Part shown: positions 9,396 through 17,995 of the stretch, one piece after another
Numbering within the stretch: position 1 is the first letter of the stretch
How the letters are laid out: each line of letters starts with the position of its first letter
IMG/VR virus record: IMGVR_UViG_2910510430_000001
Location: 1-64,000 of that record
DNA length: 64,000 nucleotides
Reading direction: 5' to 3' (one strand)
From: a virus
Taxonomy: Duplodnaviria; Caudoviricetes
Translations under genes and position numbers: made by a program
The notes under the pieces: model-generated
Databases searched by the model: none
The model's input: only the letters and a program-made list of their open reading frames with translations
Told to the model about the DNA's origin: nothing

Positions 9396-9686
9396 GTGGG
9401 GCAACGTCGCATTTCGCAACGAACTTTGATTTTCGAATACCCTTTCGAAATCTTGTTCAATCAGCAGACACACACATTCGCGCCCGGCACGTACAAGCTG
9501 GTGACCGAAGAATTCGAGATGACGTTGGGGTCGTCTCGGAAATGGAGAAAAGGCCGGGCAAGCCTGTTTCCCGCCGGCGAACCTGTCGGATCCTGGGTTG
9601 ACCGAAATCAGCGCCGCGTCATCGCCAACGAGGTTGTGGCTCGCCACGCTGATGATGTTCTCCGACGGACGCAGGCTTCGGGATGA
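9396..9686 (+). CDS. Hypothetical protein
   Basis: FEYPF...APGTYKLVTEEF pattern seen in rhizobial hypotheticals (recall). Confidence 0.45.
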   Translation: MGQRRISQRTLIFEYPFEILFNQQTHTFAPGTYKLVTEEFEMTLGSSRKWRKGRASLFPAGEPVGSWVDRNQRRVIANEVVARHADDVLRRTQASG

Positions 9687-9715
9687 GCTGACCGCCGCGT
9701 TGGGGATGCCGGCCG

Positions 9716-10033
9716 TCATGCCGCGTCACCGCCTGGTCGAGACTGACGGCCGACATAGGCGCGGCGCGTGAGTTCGGTCTGCACGGCATCGAAGAACTTC
9801 CGCCATTCATCGATGACTATCTGCTCCGGCAGTCCGAGTCGGCGCAACGATCGCAATTGGCCATCGCGTACCTGCCGCCAGTAGGCTTCCTGCTGCGCCC
9901 GGGTCTTTCCGCTGAAACGGTCAACCACATCGCGAATCCGCCCGACACGGGATGCCAGCGGAAACGGGATGATTTCTGCCTTCGGAGGCTCCCAACGGAA
10001 CAAGGGCAAGTCGGAATGTCTGTCCATCACCAT
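9716..10033 (-). CDS. DUF6074-like protein
   Basis: DLPLFRW...IIPFPLASRVGRIR motif; directly downstream of rep. Confidence 0.65.
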   Translation of the reverse strand: MVMDRHSDLPLFRWEPPKAEIIPFPLASRVGRIRDVVDRFSGKTRAQQEAYWRQVRDGQLRSLRRLGLPEQIVIDEWRKFFDAVQTELTRRAYVGRQSRPGGDAA

Positions 10034-10647
10034 CCCCTCGATGCCTTGAGGTACTCGTTCTCGGACGCGTCCAGAGATCTTCCTCCTCTCTCAGTGCTAT
10101 TCTGAGATGAAGGTGTTCTATGAAGGTGTTCGTCTAAACCCGTGTTGTGAGACAGCTCTAAACCCGTGTTGCGAGACATCGGTGGGTCTGGTCTAAACCC
10201 ATGTTTAGAGACATCCGAGCGGCGGGACGCCTCCCGTCGCATCGCTTTGCGGGCCGCCTGTCTCTCTCTCAGCCGGTCCAGGTCGATGGCGAGTTGGTCG
10301 AGAACCGTGTTCATCCGGTGGTCGTGCACTTCGTAAATGGCTGTCCCCTTGCCCGACTTCTCTGCGCAGCGCTTCAGCCATTTGGCCTCGATCAGGATGG
10401 CGAGGTACTTGCGGATCGTCGGGACCGACACGCCGAGCGCCAGTGCCAAGCTCCCTTCCGAGGGCCATGCCTTTTTCGTCTTCGCATTCACGAAATCCAT
10501 GAAAGCCGCAAAGAGCGAGGCGGCACCGGGCGTGACCTTGTGATCAGCCCGGACCGCGCGGCAGAGATCCAACTTCCATCCGGTAAAGGAGGCGAGTTCC
10601 TTGCTCTCATCTGCCTTTTCGGGAGTCGGAGCCGCGCGCCTGCTCAA
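10027..10647 (-). CDS. HTH replication initiator (TTG start)
   Basis: AWPSEGSLALALGVSVPTIRKYLAIL winged HTH; GGAGG RBS before TTG at 10647; internal iterons. Confidence 0.75.
   Translation of the reverse strand: MSRRAAPTPEKADESKELASFTGWKLDLCRAVRADHKVTPGAASLFAAFMDFVNAKTKKAWPSEGSLALALGVSVPTIRKYLAILIEAKWLKRCAEKSGKGTAIYEVHDHRMNTVLDQLAIDLDRLRERQAARKAMRREASRRSDVSKHGFRPDPPMSRNTGLELSHNTGLDEHLHRTPSSQNSTERGGRSLDASENEYLKASRGW
10107..10213. repeat. Iteron-like repeats, probable origin of element 1
   Basis: Three 22-bp TCTAAACCCRTGTTkwGAGACA-type repeats (10133, 10157, 10192) and two ATGAAGGTGTTC (10107, 10120) inside the rep 3' end. Confidence 0.7.
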
Positions 10648-10847
10648 TGGGTCCTCCTGCGGATAGCTTCCGCTTCGGTGATTGCCGTGCAGGCCTCGAT
10701 CGCGGACAATCCGAACCGGCGCCGGAGCGCCGGAACTATGGGCGATGGAAGCTGACGCTCGGAGGCAAGCCATGCGGCCGCCTCGTCGATCGCAGCGGTG
10801 CTCTCGTGGCAATGGCCGGTGGTGCCGCCTATGGGGATGGTGCTCAT
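10644..10847 (-). CDS. Hypothetical protein
   Basis: Overlapping stop/start chain in leftward operon. Confidence 0.65.
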   Translation of the reverse strand: MSTIPIGGTTGHCHESTAAIDEAAAWLASERQLPSPIVPALRRRFGLSAIEACTAITEAEAIRRRTH

Positions 10848-11077
10848 GCATCACCCCCGATCGCCTTGCGAATGGTCTCGCCATCGATCGTTCGCTCGAC
10901 CTGCTGCCACCACCTCTCGGTTTCGGCGCGGTCGGCAATCACCCACGCTTCCGCGGCTACGGATGTCGGCACGCCCATGTTCTCGACGGCCTTCATTCCG
11001 TCCTCGCCGCGGGCAATGGCTTCGGATGCTACCCGGGCGAGTTCGTCGAGGACTTCTTCTCTGGTCCGGCTTGTCAT
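10844..11077 (-). CDS. Hypothetical protein
   Basis: ATGA-coupled on both sides. Confidence 0.65.
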   Translation of the reverse strand: MTSRTREEVLDELARVASEAIARGEDGMKAVENMGVPTSVAAEAWVIADRAETERWWQQVERTIDGETIRKAIGGDA

Positions 11078-11361
11078 CGGCCCGGCTCCTCCTCGGAGCG
11101 GTCGATGATCCGGCAGCCCACGTCTCGGGCCCAGGCTACGGCGGCCTCGTCGGCCGCGGCTCGGTCGATGCCGGCATAGTCGTGAATGATGCCGCCATCC
11201 TCATCGACGAAATCGACCATGTGGATCCATCGTCCGATCATGTGGCGGTCAGTTCCACCGGTGCAGCGACCGGATGAAATCAGGACGTGAGCCGGGTTGA
11301 AGGCGACGACGTTGCTCATGCTTCCCTCCCTTCGGCGGCCGCGATCTTCGCGTCGATCCAT
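11074..11361 (-). CDS. Hypothetical protein (likely start at MSNVVAF)
   Basis: Coupled operon member. Confidence 0.55.
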   Translation of the reverse strand: MDRREDRGRRREGSMSNVVAFNPAHVLISSGRCTGGTDRHMIGRWIHMVDFVDEDGGIIHDYAGIDRAAADEAAVAWARDVGCRIIDRSEEEPGR

Positions 11362-11513
11362 GCCTGGACGGCGTCCTCGGACCAGCCGACACAGCGTGAA
11401 GTGATCGATATCGAGCGGGGGAACCGGCCGGCGCTGATCTCGGCATAAAGCGTCCGACGGGTCAGCCCCGTCCTGTCCAGGACCGCGTCAATGCGGAGAA
11501 TGCGGTTTGCCAT
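11316..11513 (-). CDS. AlpA-family transcriptional regulator/excisionase
   Basis: ILRIDAVLDRTGLTRRTLY...FPRSI...VGWSEDAVQAWI. Confidence 0.9.
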   Translation of the reverse strand: MANRILRIDAVLDRTGLTRRTLYAEISAGRFPRSISITSRCVGWSEDAVQAWIDAKIAAAEGREA

Positions 11514-11563
11514 GCAGGCACCTCGGCTTCGCGTTCGTTGATGAGGGAGGGCGAGGACATTGC

Positions 11564-11818
11564 TCATCGGCCGTCCTCCTCGATTTTGCGGACGATCATG
11601 GGCTCGATCAGGTCTCGCCGACCCCAGTAGGTGCCCCGGTTTGGCATCGGCCGCGACCGGTCCTCAGCCGTCTCCGACCAGATCAGCCAGTCTTCGTGAT
11701 AGTCGGCCTGCGGCTCCGGCAGCGGATCGAGGTAGACACGGCCACCCGTGGTGGTCACGTACTCCCCCGGCCCGTCGTAGCGGCCGGTCGCCGGCGTGGT
11801 GGTAGGAATGGTGCTCAC
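11564..11818 (-). CDS. Hypothetical protein
   Basis: GTG start coupled to upstream ORF. Confidence 0.45.
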   Translation of the reverse strand: MSTIPTTTPATGRYDGPGEYVTTTGGRVYLDPLPEPQADYHEDWLIWSETAEDRSRPMPNRGTYWGRRDLIEPMIVRKIEEDGR

Positions 11819-12369
11819 GCCGCGGCCCTCCCTTCTAGGAAGACCATCACCGCCGACAGGACGTTCTCGATCAAAGCAGGCTGGTAGCCGCAGCCGGAAC
11901 ATTCCTGCCGGACGAGCCGGACGGCAGCGATTGCCCCGGCATCGGTCGTAGGTGCGGGTGGTGCCGTGCAGAGCCGTTCATAGGAGGCGCGCCATGTCGC
12001 GGCGGCCAGGGCTTCGCCCTCTGCGTCCGTCAGGTCGCCCGAGGCGTTGAAGACGGCGACCCCCTTCCGGTACTCACTGACCAGCGCCAACATCGGATCC
12101 TGGTCCGGCAAGCCATAGTCCCGCAGCACAGCTGCGTTCCAGCCCTCGGACCAAACGGTGGCGACCTTCCTGCTGGCGTCCCAGACCTCTCCGATCAGAT
12201 GGATGAAGCAGTCCTTATGCTCCTCGGAGAGCACATAGCCGTTTTCGCACAGCGTCAGTTCGCACAGACACTGAAGGGCATTCGCTCGATCCTTGGCTTC
12301 GAAGATCGGCGTCTCGATCTCGCCCATGGCGTCAGCGAACGTCTCGCCGCGGGTGGTGGTACCGGTCAT
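11815..12369 (-). CDS. Hypothetical protein
   Basis: ATGA-coupled, acidic helical protein. Confidence 0.55.
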   Translation of the reverse strand: MTGTTTRGETFADAMGEIETPIFEAKDRANALQCLCELTLCENGYVLSEEHKDCFIHLIGEVWDASRKVATVWSEGWNAAVLRDYGLPDQDPMLALVSEYRKGVAVFNASGDLTDAEGEALAAATWRASYERLCTAPPAPTTDAGAIAAVRLVRQECSGCGYQPALIENVLSAVMVFLEGRAAA

Positions 12370-12671
12370 GACGCCCTCCGCAGATCGAAGGTCATCTCGT
12401 TCGCTTCGTCCCAAGAAGCGTGCACGGCCTCGAACATCGTCTCTGTCTGATAAACCGCCCACATCAGGGCCTCGGCGCGGTTCTGTCCGATGACGAGGCA
12501 ACGTTGCCCAAGGACTTCCTCGTAGCGGCCCTGCTCCATCAGCATACGGACGATCCGCACCATGTTCAGCGCGTCATAAAGTGGCCCTTCAAGATTGCCA
12601 ACGGCGTCGGTGACTTGATCCCGAGCGTCTGGCGCGTTGCCGCCGGTGGTGCTATCGGTGTGGATGTTCAT
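12366..12671 (-). CDS. Hypothetical protein
   Basis: Operon member; N-terminal pattern resembles the next ORF downstream (VGNLEGPLYDA vs MGEIETPIFEA). Confidence 0.55.
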   Translation of the reverse strand: MNIHTDSTTGGNAPDARDQVTDAVGNLEGPLYDALNMVRIVRMLMEQGRYEEVLGQRCLVIGQNRAEALMWAVYQTETMFEAVHASWDEANEMTFDLRRAS

Positions 12672-12757
12672 ATGCTTGTCCTGACCTAGGTTTGCGTTGG
12701 ACTGCGGCTCGGCGGGATTGCACTCCCGACCGGGCCTTTTCTTTTCGTCGAGGGCGA

Positions 12758-13072
12758 TCATGCTTCGCCCCTGACATGCTTGCTCCAAAGTGAGATGCTG
12801 GAGAGAACCGCGCCTGCGCCGTTCCGATACCGGCCGCCGTGGAGATGGCAGCCGCCGTCTTCGAGGATGGTGATGATGTCGCCGGGCATCTGCCGGTCAT
12901 CGCCCTTCAGGGCCTGGCTGACACGGGTTAGAAGCTCGCTCCGCTTGGACGGACTGGCCCCCTCGATCGTGTCCTGATGCGGCCAGCCAACCAGAGCCCG
13001 GAAGGCATCCTCGATGTCGGAGATGTTGCCGCGCTCCAGCGCAGTCTCGATGTCGCTGAGGTGAAGGGTCAT
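12758..13072 (-). CDS. Hypothetical protein
   Basis: ATGA-coupled to HTH gene. Confidence 0.55.
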   Translation of the reverse strand: MTLHLSDIETALERGNISDIEDAFRALVGWPHQDTIEGASPSKRSELLTRVSQALKGDDRQMPGDIITILEDGGCHLHGGRYRNGAGAVLSSISLWSKHVRGEA

Positions 13073-13260
13073 GCCGCGGTCTCCGTGAAGAAGCTCGTCA
13101 GCTTGCCGCGCTCGGCGACCCAGCGTGTGCCGACCTGCTTTGCAGGCAGGTGGCCTGATGCGAGCATGTCGTATGTCTGGCGTTCGTTTCGGCCGATCAT
13201 CTTCGCGATCGCTGCGATCCCCCAAACCAGATCGATGGGTTGCTCATCATTTTGCGTCAT
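13069..13260 (-). CDS. Excisionase/Cro-like HTH protein
   Basis: WGIAAIAKMIGRNERQTYDML...LPAKQVGTRWVA; divergent from Arc gene. Confidence 0.75.
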   Translation of the reverse strand: MTQNDEQPIDLVWGIAAIAKMIGRNERQTYDMLASGHLPAKQVGTRWVAERGKLTSFFTETAA

Positions 13261-13370
13261 TATCGGTAACCTCCTGGTTATATCCAGCAGGTATGTGTAT
13301 CCAGCAGATATGATTGCGGGTCAAGCGCAAATCGTATCTGCTGGATATGACACTCAGGATTGTCGTGAAG

Positions 13371-13850
13371 ATGGGCGTGAACCGAACCAACACTGATCAG
13401 TTTCAGCTACGCCTTCCGCCGGGGTTGCGAGAGCGGATCAAAGCGTATGCGGACACGCAGGGGCGTTCCATGAATGCCGAGATTGTCCGCATCCTTGAGC
13501 GTGAATTCCCAGAACCGGTATCCGTTGATGAACAAGTGGAGGAATTGCTCGGCCTTGTGTCCGCGCTGAACGAGACTAGCGCACAAGAGGGGCTAGCTCG
13601 TCTAAACCACGCGCTGCTTGAAGCAGTCGACAGGATCGCACTTGGTCGCGTCGAAGGAGTCTCTGAAGAAGACCAGAAGAAGGTCTGGAACCGGTTCGAA
13701 GCGTGGCGAGAACAAGTTCATGAAGAGCGGTATCACCGCGACATAGCGGATCTGGACGAGGAAGAACTCGAAGCAGTTTCTCGTGGTAGGGGCACCGCGA
13801 AGTTTGTCGATCCCGGCGGGGACCTCGATGACGAGGATCTGCAACAGTGA
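13371..13850 (+). CDS. Arc-family repressor
   Basis: QFQLRLPPGLRERIKAYA...GRSMNAEIVRIL; co-transcribed with integrase. Confidence 0.9.
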   Translation: MGVNRTNTDQFQLRLPPGLRERIKAYADTQGRSMNAEIVRILEREFPEPVSVDEQVEELLGLVSALNETSAQEGLARLNHALLEAVDRIALGRVEGVSEEDQKKVWNRFEAWREQVHEERYHRDIADLDEEELEAVSRGRGTAKFVDPGGDLDDEDLQQ

Positions 13851-15022
13851 GCGTCCGCAAGCGCACCTGGACGACGAAGGGCGTCGAGCGATCGGCCTGG
13901 GTGGTCGATTACGTCGACGGCACCGGCAAGCGCCGGATGAAGACATTCGCGAAGAAGAAGGACGCTGACGGGTTCTCGGCCACGGCGCATGTCGAGGTCC
14001 GCGAGGGGACGCACGTCGCCGATAGCGTGAGCGCCACGGTCGAAACTGCCGGGAAGCTGTGGATCGCCAGTGCGACAGCCGCCGGCTTGGAGAGATCGAC
14101 GATCGCCAGCTACGAACAGCACCTCCGCCTGCATATCGTTCCCATCCTCGGCACCACGAAGATCTCCGCCCTCACGATCCCCATCCTGCGAAGCTTCGAA
14201 GACGAGCTGCGTCAGAAGGACCGCTCGGCTGCGATGACGAGGCGCGTCGTGGTCAGCCTCGGCACGATGCTCGCTGACGCTCAGGAGCGTGGCCTGGTCA
14301 GGCGCAACATCGTCCGCGATCTGCGGGGCCGGCGAGGGGGCCGCGACGAGCGCCAGGAGAAGCGCCACAAGGGCCGCCTGAAGATCGGCGTGGACATTCC
14401 GACCCGGGAAGAGGTCAAGGCGCTCGTGGACGCGGCTGATGGCCGTTGGCGGCCGTTCCTTCTCGTGGCGATATTCTGTGGTCTGCGGGCGTCAGAGTTG
14501 CGTGGCCTGCGCTGGAGCGATGTCGATATGGCCAAGCGCGAAGTGCGCGTTCACCAGCGGGCCGACCGCTTCAACGAGATCGGCGCGCCAAAATCAGCAT
14601 CTGGCGAGCGCACGATCCCGGCGCCGCCTATGGTCATCAACGCTCTGAAGGAATGGAAGCTGGCCTGCCCGGCAGGCAATCTCGACCTAGTGTTCCCGAA
14701 CGGCGCAGGGAAGGTCGAAGAGCTGACGAACATCCTGCGCCGCGGATTGCGCCCCACGTGGATTGCAGCCGGCGTGACGGTCCCTGGCGACGACGGACGA
14801 CCGAAGGCGAAGTACGGCGGGATGCATTCGCTCCGCCACTTCTATGCCTCGTGGTGCATCAATCGAAAACAGGAGGGCGGTCTCGGACTTCCCGCAAAGC
14901 TCGTGCAGGAGCGCATGGGGCACTCGACGATCGCGCTCACGATGGACCGATATTCGCACCTCTTCCCGAACCACGATGACGGCTCGGAACTGGCCCAGGC
15001 CTCGGCTTGGATGACAGCCTGA
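13847..15022 (+). CDS. int: Tyrosine integrase
   Basis: GLRASELRGL (R), HSLRH (HxxR), MGHSTIALTMDRYSH (H/Y). Confidence 0.95.
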   Translation: MSVRKRTWTTKGVERSAWVVDYVDGTGKRRMKTFAKKKDADGFSATAHVEVREGTHVADSVSATVETAGKLWIASATAAGLERSTIASYEQHLRLHIVPILGTTKISALTIPILRSFEDELRQKDRSAAMTRRVVVSLGTMLADAQERGLVRRNIVRDLRGRRGGRDERQEKRHKGRLKIGVDIPTREEVKALVDAADGRWRPFLLVAIFCGLRASELRGLRWSDVDMAKREVRVHQRADRFNEIGAPKSASGERTIPAPPMVINALKEWKLACPAGNLDLVFPNGAGKVEELTNILRRGLRPTWIAAGVTVPGDDGRPKAKYGGMHSLRHFYASWCINRKQEGGLGLPAKLVQERMGHSTIALTMDRYSHLFPNHDDGSELAQASAWMTA

Positions 15023-15041
15023 CGCGACATGAACGCGACAT
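15022..15041 (+). repeat. Integrase arm-type direct repeats
   Basis: ACGCGACAT x2 between int stop and att core. Confidence 0.55.
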
Positions 15042-15081
15042 AGGCGGTGGAATCCCTTATGGCGCAGGGGTGTTCATCCAA

Positions 15082-15126
15082 TTTGTAAACCGAAGGTCGG
15101 GGGTTCAATCCCCTCATCCGGCACCA
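15082..15126 (+). repeat. attR core: duplicated 3' half of tRNA-Thr(TGT)
   Basis: TTTGTAA anticodon loop, T-arm GGTTCAATCCC, acceptor end GGCACCA; 5' half absent. Confidence 0.85.
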
Positions 15127-15151
15127 TTCATCCAGACTGTCGAGCGTCCGT

Positions 15152-16006
15152 TCAGCCCAGATGCCGCCGCGTTGCGTAGAGCGCGATGGCGGCGGCGTTG
15201 GAGACGTTGAGCGAGCGGATCGCGCCGGGCATTTCCAGCCGGGCGAGGGCATCGACCGTCGCCTGGGTCTTCTGCCGAAGGCCCTTGCCCTCGGCGCCGA
15301 GAACAATCGCGATGCGCTCGCCGGAAAGGCTTGCCTCGAAGGATTCCGGACCGTCCGAATCAAGGCCGATGGTGCGAAAGCCCTGCTTCGAAAGTGCGCT
15401 GAGCGCATCGGCGAGATTGACCACCTCGATCTGGGTGACGTGTTCGAGCGCGCCCGAGGCAGCCTTGGCGAGAACGCCGCTCTCCTGCGGGGAATGCCGC
15501 GCCGTGGTCACCAGCGCATCGGCGCCGAAGGCCGTCGCCGAGCGCAGGATCGCGCCGACATTGTGCGGGTCGGTCACCTGGTCAAGGACGATGACGAGCC
15601 GGGCCTTGCCGAGGTCGCTCAGCCGGATCGCCGGCAGCGGCTCGGTTTCCAGCATGACGCCCTGATGCACGGCCTCTCCGCCGAGTTCGGCATCGAGGCG
15701 CTTCGGCTCGACCATCTCGACCGGGCAGCGAATCGCGTCTTCGGCGATCTCCAGGCGGGCGAGGGCGTTGCGTGTCACCAGCAGGGAGTGGAGCTTGCGG
15801 TGCGGGTTGTTCAGCGCCGCCGCGACCGTATGGATGCCATAGAGGCGTACCCGTCCGGCAGGCGCCGGGCGACCGGGCTGCGGCCGCCGCTTTTGCGCAC
15901 CCGCGGGCGCCGCGCCGCCATCGGCGCGCTTGCGGTCGCGGTGGGCACGCCTGAGAGTGGCGTAATGGGTGTCCTTGGGGGTGCCCGAAGGCGTATCGTC
16001 GCTCAT
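15152..16006 (-). CDS. rlmB: 23S rRNA 2'-O-methyltransferase RlmB (TrmH/SpoU family), host gene
   Basis: VLDQVTDPHNVGAILRS, VLGAEGKGLR, SLNVSNAAAI. Confidence 0.92.
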   Translation of the reverse strand: MSDDTPSGTPKDTHYATLRRAHRDRKRADGGAAPAGAQKRRPQPGRPAPAGRVRLYGIHTVAAALNNPHRKLHSLLVTRNALARLEIAEDAIRCPVEMVEPKRLDAELGGEAVHQGVMLETEPLPAIRLSDLGKARLVIVLDQVTDPHNVGAILRSATAFGADALVTTARHSPQESGVLAKAASGALEHVTQIEVVNLADALSALSKQGFRTIGLDSDGPESFEASLSGERIAIVLGAEGKGLRQKTQATVDALARLEMPGAIRSLNVSNAAAIALYATRRHLG

Positions 16007-16269
16007 GCGGCCTCTCTATCCCACCCGGCGATGCGAAGAAAGCGGCGATCCCCGCGCGGGCTCCCTTGCTTCGCGGGGGACGCAGCGGGTCGGACATCCG
16101 GTTTCGTGCGGCGATGATCGACGCTGGGTGAAATTCGATGCGATTTCCAGTGCCATTCGGCGTTGACAGATTGCGCCAAGGCCATCATAAGGCCGCTCGG
16201 AAACGCTCGGTCCCGCGCCGAACGCTTCCAGCAGCCAGGCCAAGCGCCTGCATGCTTCGACGGCAGTCC

Positions 16270-16354
16270 GGAGGGGTGCCCGAGTGGTTAAAGGGGACGG
16301 ACTGTAAATCCGTTGGCTATGCCTACGTTGGTTCAAATCCAACTCCCTCCACCA
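16270..16354 (+). tRNA. tRNA-Tyr(GTA)
   Basis: Cloverleaf GGAGGGG...CCCTCCACCA, anticodon loop CTGTAAA, long variable arm. Confidence 0.97.
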
Positions 16355-16381
16355 CTGCCGGTCGAACGCTGATGCGAAGGC

Positions 16382-16455
16382 GCGGGTATAGCTCAATGGT
16401 AGAGCAGCAGCCTTCCAAGCTGAATATGCGGGTTCGATTCCCGCTACCCGCTCCA
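16382..16455 (+). tRNA. tRNA-Gly(TCC); probable attL of the prophage
   Basis: GCGGGTA...TACCCGCTCCA, anticodon loop CTTCCAA; integrase gene ends 80 bp downstream. Confidence 0.97.
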
Positions 16456-16500
16456 GCATCACTCTGAAAAGACTGCGGTTTTATCATTGATCTCTGGGGC

Positions 16501-16531
16501 CCGTTTCACTCGTTACACTGCCGTTACACTG
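16501..16531 (+). repeat. Integrase arm-type repeats
   Basis: CCGTTTCACT / CGTTACACTG / CCGTTACACTG, about 10-bp period, between tRNA-Gly and int. Confidence 0.6.
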
Positions 16532-16534
16532 GCG

Positions 16535-17707
16535 CTATGAGCGCAGCTTCTGCCGCGCCATCGCCGTCGTCCGATTGGATTCCAGCACATCGCTTCGGAC
16601 ATACCGGAGCGTCGTCTTCACGTTGGAGTGGGTGGCAAGCTTTCGCGCCGCCTCGATGCCGCCAACGGACTCGGCTTCGCTGATCGCGCCGGCCCGGGTA
16701 TCCATCGACCAGATCGAATCCGGCACGCCGGCTTCCCGCGCGATCTCTCTCCATGCCTGGGCGTAATAATTCTCCCGGTACGGGACGCCCGTCTGTTCGC
16801 TCACGATGAGCGGCCCGATCTTCGGCAGGTCGTATTGCGCCAGCACCATCATGGTCAGCGGGCAATGGGTCAGGTCGTGGGACGACCTGGCCCCGGTCTT
16901 CGACGTGGCTTCGATCGTCAGGATGAGATCCGACGAAATGACCGATACGGACGGACCCTGCCAGCGTGTTCCGCCGCGAACGATACCGCCGTCACCCTTT
17001 GCGGCCGGAACCCACTCGCCGATGATGTCGATCCGGCGAAGGGCCGTGTCCCACTGAAGCGCTTGCGTGAGCGCGATCGAGTAGCGGCCCTTCTCCATCG
17101 CCTTCTCGACGACGGCGACGGCGTGCTCCCATTCGAGCATGACCTTGCGCGGTGCCGGCGCTTCGAAGCGGATGAGAGACAGGATCTCGCGGGCATTGCG
17201 GCATTCCGGATAGCCCTTCTCCACGCCATAGCTCATCACGGCGCGAAGCTTGCGAATGGCATTGTGCCCGCGATGGACACGCCCCTCGCTTCCCCACTTA
17301 CGGTTCCATCGGCGGAAGTCGTCCCCGGTCAGCTCGTCGATCAGCCGCTCGCCGACAGTCTCCACGATGGTCTGCAGGCTGGGGTCGTAGTCGCGCTGGC
17401 GAGTGGAGCGCTTCAGGCTCTGATACGGTGAGAGCTCGTCTGCCCGATACTCACGAACCAGGCTGGCGATCGTGCCGTCATACGCCTGCTGCGCGCCGAG
17501 GTCGCGGAGATCGGCCCGAAGCTCATCGGTCCATCGCTGGCACAACTCGACGATCTGCGCTTCCGTTGCCGCCGCATCGATCGGGCGGACCCCTAACGAC
17601 TTCGGCGCACCCTTCACCGCACGTTGCGGATTCCAGTAGTGCGCCGTTGAGCCGTCAGATCTCTTCCGCCCCTGATAGCCGGGGCGGTCCTTTCGTAAAC
17701 GTGTCAT
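16535..17707 (-). CDS. int: Tyrosine integrase
   Basis: ALRRIDI (R), DTRAGAISE, ATHSNVKTTLRY (H/Y); points toward tRNA-Gly. Confidence 0.88.
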   Translation of the reverse strand: MTRLRKDRPGYQGRKRSDGSTAHYWNPQRAVKGAPKSLGVRPIDAAATEAQIVELCQRWTDELRADLRDLGAQQAYDGTIASLVREYRADELSPYQSLKRSTRQRDYDPSLQTIVETVGERLIDELTGDDFRRWNRKWGSEGRVHRGHNAIRKLRAVMSYGVEKGYPECRNAREILSLIRFEAPAPRKVMLEWEHAVAVVEKAMEKGRYSIALTQALQWDTALRRIDIIGEWVPAAKGDGGIVRGGTRWQGPSVSVISSDLILTIEATSKTGARSSHDLTHCPLTMMVLAQYDLPKIGPLIVSEQTGVPYRENYYAQAWREIAREAGVPDSIWSMDTRAGAISEAESVGGIEAARKLATHSNVKTTLRYVRSDVLESNRTTAMARQKLRS

Positions 17708-17708
17708 C

Positions 17709-17948
17709 TCAGAACCTATCCTTCTCGACGACGGCAGGTCTGCCGCCGCGAGCATTGGGCTCCAATCCAGATGACCTGTCAAAGTACCGGTCGACCGCTT
17801 TGCTGTCGGTCTTGCCTGCCAGCACGTCGCGCTTGGGAAAATCCTTGGTGGCCCGGAACCGGCGCAGAGCCCGCTCGGTCAGGCCGAAATGGGCTCGCAG
17901 CTGCTCATCGGTCATGAAGCGGGGTGGGACCACGAACTCGTGTGTCAT
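17709..17948 (-). CDS. Putative excisionase
   Basis: Small basic HTH-like ORF immediately upstream of int. Confidence 0.7.
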   Translation of the reverse strand: MTHEFVVPPRFMTDEQLRAHFGLTERALRRFRATKDFPKRDVLAGKTDSKAVDRYFDRSSGLEPNARGGRPAVVEKDRF

Positions 17949-17953
17949 GTCGT

Positions 17954-17995
17954 TTCTCACAATTGAGAAGGGGGAGGGGGTGCCGCTCAGGCGGC
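17954..17995 (-). promoter_or_regulatory. Bipartite hairpin element, copy 1 (upstream of xis)
   Basis: GCCGC-CTGA-GCGGC, ACCCCCTCCCCC, TTCTCA-ATTG-TGAGAA, 5 nt, ATG. Confidence 0.8.

Larger units (their letters stand above)
1..15126. mobile_element. Integrated phage-satellite-like or defective prophage element (left end outside window), inserted in tRNA-Thr(TGT)
   Basis: Tyrosine integrase 13847-15022 followed by arm-type repeats and a 3' tRNA-Thr duplication; divergent Arc/AlpA/rep genes; TerS+TerL; no portal or capsid in window. Confidence 0.85.

Noticed and set aside
15082-15126. Functional tRNA-Thr
   Set aside because: D-arm and 5' acceptor strand are missing; it is an att duplication
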